Source: Marsupella aquatica | Taxonomy: Eukaryota > Plantae > Marchantiophyta | DNA: 64,000 nt | Direction: 5' to 3' | NCBI GenBank assembly: GCA_973895155.1 | Contig: OZ316896.1 | Location: 15,247,419-15,311,418 of the forward strand | In this document: positions 22,714-33,908 of the stretch, one piece after another | Position numbering within the stretch: position 1 is the first letter of the stretch | Layout: each line of letters begins with the position of its first letter | Made by a program: the position numbers and the translations under genes | The notes under the pieces: model-generated | Told to the model about the DNA's origin: nothing | Seen by the model: only the letters and a program-made list of their open reading frames with translations | The model's database searches: none

Positions 22714-25700
22714 TCAAAATTTCGTCTTGGAGCTTGCAAGGCCAGTTTCAATTCGTCGGATTTCGAATATCAACATGCGCCACATCTTTAAGACAAAAAG
22801 TTCAGCCTCGTCATCCAAGATTGACTCCAGCAACTGGAGCATATTGGCTGCAGTGACGTGCTTGCAGGTGTTGCTTACAATGAAATCTACTAAGGTAGTC
22901 TCCTCCTCTCCAAGAAACTCTGTTATCTTCTTTGAAATCCAGGGCCGCATCCTCTCATGCAGATCATGCTGCAACCGTAAACAAGCATCGATCAGAAGAG
23001 AAAACTTGCTCAAAACCATCATTGCGAGTGTGGGCCAGAAACCAATAATATTTTGAACGGAGCACCGTTTAACAGAGGCTTAAAAGCAGACAGAAATTAA
23101 ATACCTGATCATAGATATCCCAATCAACAGGATAAGCAAAGAGCTCCTCTTTGGTCTTTGGTATGGTGTCAATGAGCTCTTTGGCGTTCAAGAGTTTCTT
23201 GGGCTCAGGTACTTTGATCTTCTCGGCAACATGATCTTTCTCCCGTTCTTTGTCTATCTCTTTCCTTTCCCTGTCTTTCTCCCGTTCTCTATCTCTATCT
23301 TCTCGCTCGCGATCTCTTTCTCTTTCTCTGTCCCTGTCCCTGTCCCTGTCCCGATTTTTCTCTTTCCTTGAGCTATCCCTGTCTTCATGTCGGTCCCTCT
23401 TTCTTCTACTGCGGTCTCTGTCACCATCTTCTTTCCTGTCCTCCTTAGAGCTGACGTTTGAACCTGCGAAACTTGACAAGCTCCTGGCAAACTCAGCAGC
23501 CGCGGCCAAATTGGAGGCAACTTGAGGAGAAGATGCGCGAGGAGGGTTGGGAGTGGCCACAGCTTCCATCTCTTCCGCGGAATAGTCTATAGGTACCAAA
23601 GGCCTTAGCTTCCTATCATCTGTTATTTCCTCCTCATCTTCTTGGTGAAACACTGATAAGCCAGTAGCCCGTCTACCAGACCCCATAATGCCAAATCCTA
23701 ACTTTCGAGGAGCGGGACTTGCTTTCGGGTCTGCCTCGCTACTCACAACGGCACCAACAACTTCCGTTTCTCGCCTTGGATCATGAATGCCATTGCTGTT
23801 CAGAACTTCTGCCATACACCACAAACAATAGTTATCTCATGTCACCAAGAAAACTCCAAAGTTGACAGATTCATGTCTAAACGAATCGGGACCGTCCAAT
23901 GAGTATCACTTACTCTGAGGGTGCTCCTCCTCCGCATCACTTACTGACGCAAAACTGACCGAATCTGTAGTGGGAAGAAATTTATGTGGGGGGACCTCGT
24001 TAGCTACGTCATCCTCCACATCCATTTCATCATCGTCCTCCCCATCACTTTCCTTCTCATTAGGACTCTCCAAAACTTTTTGCCTCTTGGAGAGAATCTC
24101 CAGCTCTTCTCTCTCTCTATCTGCAACGTCTTCTTCCCGTTCCCTTAATCTCCTCTTCCGCTTCTCCTCCAGCAGACTACCTCTGTATCGGCTCTTCTTC
24201 CAATCATCATCATCACTTTCCTCTTCTTGTTCCTGGATCTCTTTCCGCCTGTCCCTTTCTCTGTCCTTTTCACGTTCTCTGTCGTGTAGTCTCTGTCGTT
24301 CTTTCTCTCTTTCTCTCGCCTCCCATTCCCTCTCTCGTTCTTCATAAATCCGCTCTGCCTCGCGAACCTTCATTTCACGTTCCCTTTCGCGTCTTGAGCG
24401 TTCCCGCTCTCTTTCCCTTTCATACCTCTCCAATTCTCTCTCTTTCTCCCGTTCGATCTCCCGCTCTCTGTCTCTTTCCCTGTCCCTCTCTGATCTTCGG
24501 CCTCCTTTGTCTGCAGATGTAGTCTCGCCTCGTTCATTGTCTCCACTTGCTCGATGGTCGCTTGTAGTATCGTCGTCATTCTTTCCACTAGGATCATCTG
24601 GCATTTGCAGGAAACCAACCTATGAGTTCATGGTCCCCCTATCTAGACACAACTAAAAGACTCCTGCTTCATGAAAACCAGAAAAAAAATATTCTCCATA
24701 ACTCAACGTAGGTAAATATTTCCTGGACTTGCATTTATCAACATACGTACCACTTTTAGCAGCATCCACGCTGACATCCCCATCTCTAAACTTGGATGCT
24801 GTGTCTACCGACTTGTTGAGGCCATCTGCACTTGCTGGCAGTGGCGGTGGGGGAGGAAGAGGCCTAAGTCGCGACCTGGTCGGACGAAGTCAGCAAGCAC
24901 ATGTTAGAGTACGTACAAAGGAGGAAAACATACAAAAAAGGAGCAACATTCTAGTCAAGCCACGGTGAAAACGTGCCCCGCATACCTTTCCTCTAGCATG
25001 CTATTCATCTTTTGAATTGCCGATTCATCTGCTTGTATGTCAGCCGCACTCACAAGACCGAACTTCTTTGCATCCTCCTCACCACCTGAATCCTTATGAG
25101 GGCCGTTGTCTTTACTGAATAGGGGAGGAGCCTTAGGAGCTTCAATGCTTTCAACACCTGGAGCCAACTCTTCATCTTTCTCCATTTCCGCTGCCTGCTG
25201 CTGGAGAAACTTTTCTCTGTCCTTCTTCTTTGCCACATACCGCTCCAAGTACTCACGAGTGGCTTGATTAACATTCAGCTGCAGGAGAGAAATAATTTCG
25301 GATTCGCGTGAAAGGATGAACTCAAAATGCAAATGGCAAAACTGACATTGATAATGGGTTTGATCCTAGGAATCCAGGCAAAACTAAAGCGTCAACTAAC
25401 ACCTGTGTCCGCTTCATTCACAGCACACCATACAAAACGGTTTACGCCATAACGAATTGCACAAGATACAATCCCTACCGCATCCTCATTAAAGGCAATG
25501 TGATTTACTGTACAAATCCACCAGACCTAAACTATCAACAAAGATGCAGGAGCAAAATCAAGGACGTGAAAAGCTTGACAACGATCTTACCACCAATTCT
25601 TGTCCTTCGAGATTGTATTTATTGAGTATCCGCAAGGCACGCAGCACCCCCTCTGCAGAATCAAACTCACAGAATCCAAACCCTTTGGGAGACCCAGTCG

Positions 25701-28346
25701 TTGGATCTTGTGCTCGTTTCCAGCTCTTGATGTCTCCACAAAGCTAGGACCCGACAATTTAACGGGGACAAGCCAATGCTATCAGCGTCAAAGTTTACAC
25801 CGCAGTTGGGGTCTACCTGTAAAATTGCTTCTGAGCTTAATCTCATTGCTATACAACCAGAGTATGATGCAGAAAAGTCCTCTCACGTACCTCAAGAAGA
25901 GCCCTTAGAAAATCGTCTTCTATAGTTGGTGCAATTTTCCCCACGTATACTGTAGTGTGAGGCTTCTCAGGAGGGGCTGTGAGTTGGCCCACACCCTTGG
26001 CTGCCAACTCTGTAAGGCTCATCCCAGGAGGCGGCTTCAGAACAGGAGGAATTGGCCGTAATCCATTTCCAGGCGGCCTTGGTAAAGACATGGCACTCAT
26101 GGTCACTGGTGGGGGTGGCCCCAAGGGCGGCCGAGGGGCAAAAGCAGAAGGTCGCGCTACCATAGGATTGAAAGGCGGAGCAGAGTAGCGAGGCGGCATG
26201 CCTGCAGAGGGAGTACCAAGAACTGGACAGAAAAGTGTAAGCCCGATGGATATCCAAAAACAAACCAAAATTCACTTAGATTTAGGTTATTCCAACATTT
26301 CACTGGTAACAGAGAACTTACTTTAGATGGGCGTCCCTATGCACAACCACATCATCATGATAGCAAGCAGGCGGGAGGAGATAAGACCACCGTCAAGAGG
26401 TAGGTCGGTCGCAGTGTCCACCCTGACAAACATCCCATTGGAATCCACAAGAATTTATGATAAATGTTCTGAGTTGCACTTACCTTGGCGGTCATTCTCC
26501 TCGTCGGAAATTTCATAAGAGGGTGGAGAGGCAATTGGTGAAGCATATTTCAAGACGCTACTGTAGTATCTTAAGTACAGTAAAGACCTTTCAAAGTACC
26601 CAGCGAAGCAAACCGCAAGGCACAGTATGATACGGTTTAACACTGACAAGGGATGGACAAAAAGGGCAACCAAAAAAAGTAGTCCAGCTGAGCCAGCGAA
26701 AGATTCAGCCGATCGACAGAAAACAGATCACAATTGTTGCAGAGGAAAATGAGCTGCCTACCTGAAAACAGGCTAGGGTCTTAGTCCCACGGTGTACAAT
26801 GGGGCTGATGTCCCTCTGGGATGGTGCCCCTTTGTGTCCCGCCTCGTGCTAGTGGGTCTGGAGAAAGCACCTTGTGTCCCTACACCTTACAAAAATAGAA
26901 CCAGTTTGCTAGCAAAATTGAGGTGCTTACATTGAGGCAAGGAGGCGGGAGGTCACATACCCACAAAGGGTGTTGTCAGCGGGAGGCCGGACCTTCAAAA
27001 AAACCATTTATTCATTCATCACACCAAAACCCTAATATCTCTGAAGGAAACATCAGGTGAAATTACGTTAACGACTGGATGTACACCGATTAAGCAGACA
27101 CACCAGAATTCTATGCTAGCTATGAGCTATAGCCAGCACATCCAGATGTCTGGCCTCAACTACTCTCGACTTTCTTCAGAAGATCGAGACCAGCTTCCTG
27201 AGATAAAAATCGTCCAATTCTCAGAGCTGAATTTATAAAGGATTGCTTTATCGTTAACTAGATTCCACATGAAGGCGCCCGGAAAAGCACACCAGGATAG
27301 TAGAGTTGGCCTTCTACAGTAGTTGGGAGGACATGACACGAGACTAGCTAAGATAAGCAAAGTTTTTTGCTAGGAAAGTGAAGAGTTGCGGAAAGATAGA
27401 TAGACAGATTGACACACGTGTACACAACAGACGACCTGTTGCTTTGTTTTGTGAAGGAATTTAAGCATACCAATTAGGACGATGCAGGCTCTTTACCCGT
27501 GGCGCCCTTTCCATATTTCACCATGACAACTCGAATGCACTGCCGTAGGAGAAAACAGCCCGTCACCCGCTTGCACACATGCAGCCATACTACCCTTACG
27601 CCTTTTACCCTCCCAACCCCCCTCCCGGACCCCATTGCTCTTGCTCCCCTTCTCATCTCTCAACCCCGGATTCCCTCGCTTCTCCACGCTGTTCCGAAAT
27701 CTCGTAACAGAGTGGATAACAGAGAGAGCTAAGCATTTCGAATTCCTCGTTTTGACGGTCTCTAGCCTTGCAAAATCATATCATCATCAAGAATGGATGA
27801 TCCAAAATGACAAACCAACCAAGCAACACAATAAACCTCACCTCCAGGAGGCATCATTTGCTGCTGTTGCTGCTGCTGGGGGGGCATGGGCACCGGAGGA
27901 GCACTCATGAAATTCGGCATCATCGACGGCGGCGCAAATGGACGCATTGCAGGGAATGCAACCGACGGAGGAGTCGGAGGTGGTGCTGATAGAGGCCCGG
28001 GTCCAGGCCCTCTCGCCATCCTCACCCCGGGAGAAGCTACCGCCAATACCTGACCGGGAGGAGCCCCAGGAGGAGGTGCTCCAACACCTTGAGTAGGTGC
28101 CTGCTGTCCTCCAGCGATCGAGCCGTGTGCTGCACCCGGTGGTGGCACAGCTTGGGGTGCTACTTGTCCTGAACCTGCCGATGGAAAAGGCTGATGAGGA
28201 TGAGGAGGTGCCTGCTGCTGTCCTGGCGGCACCATCAGTTGTTGCTGCTGGCCTCCTGCTGAGGGTAGCGGCGGCGGTGCTGCTACTGTCGTCGGAGACG
28301 GCCCTCCCGGCACGCCCATAGGCATGCTTGCAAACGGCGGATTCAT
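22714..28346 (-). CDS. RBM25: RNA-binding protein 25 (Snu71-like splicing factor; Pro-rich, RRM, RE/RD-rich, PWI), 1016 aa
   Basis: Exons 28346-27842, 26222-25891, 25743-25591, 25278-24986, 24875-24751, 24597-23914, 23808-23105, 22968-22714 (3051 nt, GT-AG, phases consistent). RRM TVYVGKI/KGFGFCEF; long RE tract; IPKTKEELFAYPVDW and MRPWISKKITEFLGEEE..LWRMLIFE-type PWI domain. Confidence 0.97.
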
Positions 28347-29019
28347 CTCCCGCCTATGATACTAATAATACCAGTCTCCCCAAAGCCAAATCTATCTACG
28401 GCGCAAAGATCGTGCACGTCGAGAACCTCGCCCTCCACCACGACAAAAGCCTCATCAACGCCGCCCCCTCAGCCCCCCCGAGAACATCACTTGTAGCCAA
28501 TCTTTCGTCCTACTCTCGTCGAGAACGAGAAAATCATCAACCTGCAACCTCCTGTTCTCACGTTGCGTACACGAAGATCGATTAATTGACCTCCTTGGCT
28601 CCTTCCCTTGTTGTTCGTCGTCGAACTGCTATGGTAATCTTCCTCCTTTCCGCCTTCCCGCCCTTCTTTCTACGGGAAGAACAAACGAGACCTATCTCGA
28701 GTCCGGTGCCCCACTCTTTGGTCAAGAACCCACGGAGGAAGGAATCCTCGATCCTCGACTCCTCATCGTTTGGAGTGGCAGCAACGCTCCATCACTCCGT
28801 CCATCCACACACGCAAACATCCACACACACACTTTTTTGTGGCTACGGGAAGGAATGCTCGACACCATGCCCCGTACTCCGAAGTCTACTTCCCCGCCTT
28901 TGAAGCTTCTCCTCTTCGCTCGCTGCCTCCTTGCCTCCTTGCCTCCCTCCCCGCCCCGCTCGCGCTCGGTGGCTCGCTGCCCGCCTGTTCAACTTCTGGT
29001 CCGGACTCCGGAGCCTCGG

Positions 29020-30605
29020 ACATTATTGGCCGAACTTTTGGTTCATTCAGTGTGTTGTGATGGACAGCGTATTTTTTAAGGTTTGTTCGTTTGTTCTGCA
29101 CTGTTCTGCACCGGTGAGACTATTGGCCGAGCCTTAGGCCCAACTTGCTTGTGGAGGCCTACATGTTTTCGGGCCCTAAGCATTACCTTTCTCCAACGGT
29201 ATGTGAGAGGCCAATTTTCCTGGCACTCCCCTCCCCTTTTCCAACTGTATGCCGGCCCTAAGCACCCCCTCACTCTCTTTTTCCAATGGTACCTTCTCGC
29301 TCCCTGAGACTTCTTTTCAGTGCATGTGTAGCATAGCTTTTGTTTTATTATTACAGAGCTTGAGGTTGGGATGTGCAAGGGCCCCGAACTTTCTGGGCCT
29401 TGCCCTTGGGACCCCACAAGACCTGCCAGCAAGCCTGCCTAACTAACAAGGCACTTATAGCATGGCAGCATCTTTAAGTCTCACTATGACATCTTGCACT
29501 TTGAGACCGCGAGTTAAATCTACGTCAACCATACAACCAGAACATAAACCAAAACACATGTAGTTTAAATCATTTGATTTATAAATCAGAAATATAGTGT
29601 ATTGGTTTATGTTCTGGTTGTACAGTTGACGTAGATTTAATACGCGGTCACTTTGAGGGCCTGAGATGCAAGGGCTGATTACATGTGAGTTGGCTCTTAT
29701 TACAAGAGTTCCCAGTAATTCCCTATACTAGGGGGTCTCAACACTTAGTACTTCACCTTATTGACACCAAGCCTTAAAGTAGTTCCCTGTACTAGGGGGT
29801 TTCAATCCTCAAAATTTGTTGACTTAAAGTTACTGACACCAAAAGTTATAGATCACCAAATTCATTGTCCATAACTTTTTGCCATAACCATAAGTCACTC
29901 TAGAGACTAATGAAAAAAACTTGTATAGAACCTATGAAAAAGTTATGGCCAAAAACCATCATCCCTACCTATGAGGGTTTGAGGCGCCCTGATAATGGGG
30001 TAATTTGTCACTTCTGGTTCTACACTGGGGAGATTATTGGTGAGCATTTACTGGAGTTTGATATTGTGATGGGTAGCTTAAGTTTTAAGGTTTTTATTTT
30101 TTTGCCAGCCCGATTGCTGAACTTTAGGTTAGTATTGTGATGGGCAACATCAGTTTTAAGGATTTTACCTTTTTTGCCAGCCAGAATGCTGAACTTTAGG
30201 TTAGTATTGTCATGGGCAACATCATTTTTAAGGTTTTAGCTTTTTTACTAGGGCAGAAAATTTCACCCTGTGAAACTATTGTGATGGGCAACATACTTTG
30301 TAAGGTTTCTTATGCACCAGGGAGATTATTGGCTGAGCTTTAGTTCAGTATTAGTATGGGCAACTTAACTTTTTAAAGTTTGTTTTGCACCAGTGAGATT
30401 ATTGGCGGCCTAGCTTTAGTTCTTTTAGGGCAGTTTAAGTTTTAAGGTTGTTTTTTTTGGCAGTAGATTGTTGGCCAAACTTTATTGTTGTGATGGGCAA
30501 CTGAATTTTTAAGGCTTTTCCTGTTTACTAGGGTGGCCTTTTGTGAAAGTACTCTGATGGGAACCTTACCTTTTAAGGTTTGTTTCTTATTTGCCATGGT
30601 GGTGA
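29020..30605. repeat. Degenerate ~70-bp satellite (..GATTATTGG..GAACTTT..TATTGTGATGGGCAAC..TTTTAAGG..) split by an insertion
   Basis: About 1.5 copies at 29020-29135 and about 8-9 copies at 30030-30600, with TGTGATGGG spaced ~70 bp apart (30066, 30137, 30208, 30279...). Confidence 0.85.
29506..29648. mobile_element. Fold-back MITE with 9-bp TSD (Mutator-like)
   Basis: ~50-bp arms ACCGCGAGTTAAATCTACGTCAACCATACAACCAGAACATAAACC / GGTTTATGTTCTGGTTGTACAGTTGACGTAGATTTAATACGCGGT; CACTTTGAG at 29497-29505 and 29649-29657. Confidence 0.9.
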
Positions 30606-30612
30606 ATGTAGG

Positions 30613-31448
30613 TGTAACGAAAAAGGTGCTAGGAATATTTCTTATCTAAATTTCCTAGGTTATTTTTGACTGTGCAGATCTCCCTAGATGTAAGGATAAG
30701 ATTAGATTCTGGCTAATGGGGTCCCTGGCTAGGTGGGAAACTGGCTACTGAAAGACAAAACGACATTGCACTAAATATTAATGAATAATGCAAAAGCAAA
30801 TATTATTCTTTCAAGAGTTCACAAACACTCTAAAATATTTTGTTTGTTGTGTCCAAAATTTCCATAATTACTTATTTATTGCGCAAACTAGGATGACACT
30901 CTGGTTTGGCTGAACTTTCGTATAGATTGTGCTGGAGGCCCTAAGATTGCCCCCAAAATTATTGACAAACCTAATTTGTCAATATCAAATGAGCTCTAGG
31001 TACCGGGCCTGAGATCAAAGCTATGTTCCTTCACTGGCTTAGTTATTGCCAGGTCATGCCGTTTAATGCTTTCATTACCTTATTCGCTTGAATCACAAAT
31101 TGGCATGTATGAATATGGCCACTATCGGAATAAGCACCCTTGCTGATTCACACGGGATTCCACGTGCCCAATGTTACTCGGGTTAGAGCATAAGCTTGTA
31201 ATGCTTTCGGTTACTGGACTCTCACCATCTAGGCTGCAGGACTCAACTGCTTCGCCTAGCAACACAATGCTTCTCTAGCTCCCCCACAACCGATCACAAT
31301 ACCCTGAACAATATGGTTTGTGCAAGGGTTTTTTTTATAATAAGTGCACTCATTTTACTGACTTCGATTGCTTTTTGAATACTCTCGACGGGATGCCTTA
31401 AGCTCTGACCCGAGGTTTAAGGGTATAGCAGCAGCGCCCAATGTGACA
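30613..31448 (-). mobile_element. Probable LTR remnant
   Basis: Minus-strand TGTCAC...GTTACA termini with an internal TATA-like TTATAAAA; no TSD found. Confidence 0.45.
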
Positions 31449-32139
31449 ATCCTGACTCCAGTTAACACTATTTTTGACAGTGTGAAAGCCATGACCAACT
31501 GCACCATGAATGGCTGTACTTTCAGCCTAAATTTTGGCCCACACGGAGGAGGAGGACCTGGAGGGGGCCCATTTGGATCTCCATTCAATTAAGCAACCAG
31601 GATAGAGTGATTGGAATGTAATAGCCTGTGAGGCACCATAGATTATGTTACATTATGTACATTACAGAGTAGATATATTACAGATTGTAGTTTGATAGAA
31701 TCATAACATACGCATATTACATAGTAGAGATAGTAGAGATTGTAGTCTGACAGAACCATAGCCTACAGACATTGCCTTCTAGGCGTTCACTATAGACATA
31801 GACCATTCATATCATTCATTTAGACTCTCATGAGTCATTGAAATGTAATTTCTGTTTACAGCTACCAATAAAGTTTCACCCCTAATATGGGATTTCTTTT
31901 TACTTTCAAAATTTTCTGATTTCAAATTCTGCCAACTGGATTTCATAAACCTACCGCGTACAAATATTCTCCCAAAATACAAATACCCGCATACAAATAC
32001 AGTGAAAATTTATTAAATATAAACATGCCCACATGGCATGAACTGGTTGGCCAGGAACGATAAACATTACCCCACAATCCTTAACGTGTACAACATTGTG
32101 CACAATACTCTTTGCAATCATTTCTAGGATCCATCAAAT

Positions 32140-32483
32140 TGTTAGATATTGCTCTAGTCTTGTGACTCATAAGCTAACCACAGTTATTCTAACTCGGGTT
32201 AGGACTTAGCTAATGTTAGCGGTAGTGTTGTTGTGCATATAGCCAGGGCTGATGCCAGACCCTGGTGGAACTTAGGCTCATTGTTACGGAGCTAGTTGAG
32301 AGATAGGGAGAGCTTGTGCTGTGGATGCTTGGTATGGCCGGTCGGCCTAGAGTGCAGTAAAGCTCTTATGTGTTCCCGCGGACGTAGCCTCATGTGGAGG
32401 TGAACCACGTATCTCTCTGTGTCGACTCTTGTGCGTTGGATGGTTCATGGGCTTGCCGTTGCGAATGTCGTCTATGCTCAACA
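32140..32483 (+). mobile_element. Solo LTR (Copia-like), 344 bp
   Basis: TGTT...AACA termini with perfect 5-bp TSD CAAAT (32135-32139 and 32484-32488); GGACGTAG...GAACCACGTA U5-type motif. Confidence 0.9.
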
Positions 32484-33908
32484 CAAATTACTTAACTAGA
32501 GTTCAGCCAATTAGTTCAGTCTATTGTGGCCACATAACTTTGGTGATGGCCCGGTTAATTTGGGTCTGTCCCAACTTCTGATTCTGCATAGGGGAAAATA
32601 TTATTCTGGGGTCTTTCCAACTTCTGGTTCTGAGTAGGGGAGGTGATCAGTTTGTCATGGATATACTATCCATATATCTATGTATGTATGTATGTGTACT
32701 GGACTGTGCTATTGTAGCCCAGTTATCCTGTATTTGCACAATATTGTCAATAGAAAGTGATGTTGAGTGGAAGTGTTATAGAGATGGTCTGGCAGTTGGA
32801 CACTACAGGCAGTACTCGACAAATCCCCACGTAAATCATGGGCGAGCTGGGGGAGAGTGATGGTTGGGTGTGTGAAACGTGCCCTAAAGATCAAACATCC
32901 AAAAGTCACACCATATAAGACCTTGTTTATGGCAGTGCTTTGACAAGTCCTATGGACTTACATATCTGCTATGGTGCTTCCAATATCAGACCTGACAAAG
33001 CTGGAGTCAATGTAAGATGTTATTGAAAATTTTATCTTATTATTGTGACACACTAATAATATCCTTTTCCCGCAACAGCAACACAACAGAAAAACAACTG
33101 TGTATAACAGTGTTGTTTTAAGATTTTTCAATTCAATACAGCTATCCCAGGATATAATGTTCTACTGCTTAAGACCGTGCAGTATTTAGATGCTATACTA
33201 AGCATATTGAGGCTTGGAACCTCCAACTTCTTTGTATGATTACAATATTTCTTGCTACCCAAATCTCAGGCCAGAGCACTATGATTTCTTTTGGAGATTA
33301 CAACACTATACATGGTAGAGGATGGATGACCAAGCATCACTCCTACTTCCTTAGAACAAAACACCCAAGTCTTAAGCTTGATACTACCTTCTTGAAATTA
33401 TATACCTTGCAATTTTTATACACAAATATGACAAGACGACCCTGAAAATCCTCTTTATTATCAACATGGAAATTTTCCTTACAAAAATGTCCTTCAACAT
33501 ATTATTTCTATGCTACAAGCTCTACAAGTGATACAATCAATAAATGTTTTCAATATGGAACCAAGTTTGCTTGATCAAAATGTTGTCACATGAGCAATCC
33601 TGTCATCTTGTGTCGTCAATATCTAGCTAGCTAATGTCCCACTTGCATTTTATATTTCTAAATCCATGCCTCAATAATGTCCATTGCCTACTTTAACTGA
33701 AATTTTCTTGTTCATGCAAGATGTGTGGCTTATTGAACAAAAATGCTGAGATTATGTTTGCTTCAAAGAATTCATCTAAGCGGAAACTACTGGAGAAACT
33801 TACTAGCACATTCAATACTATACACCATGGAAGAGTGGCAATGGGCCAGGAAGTAATGATTTAATAATTCATTCTTGAGACCATAGATGTAGCTCTGTGT
33901 CAATCTTC

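Noticed and set aside
23250-24347. Ser/Leu-rich plus-strand ORFs
   Set aside because: Antisense shadows of the RBM25 RE/RD repeats.
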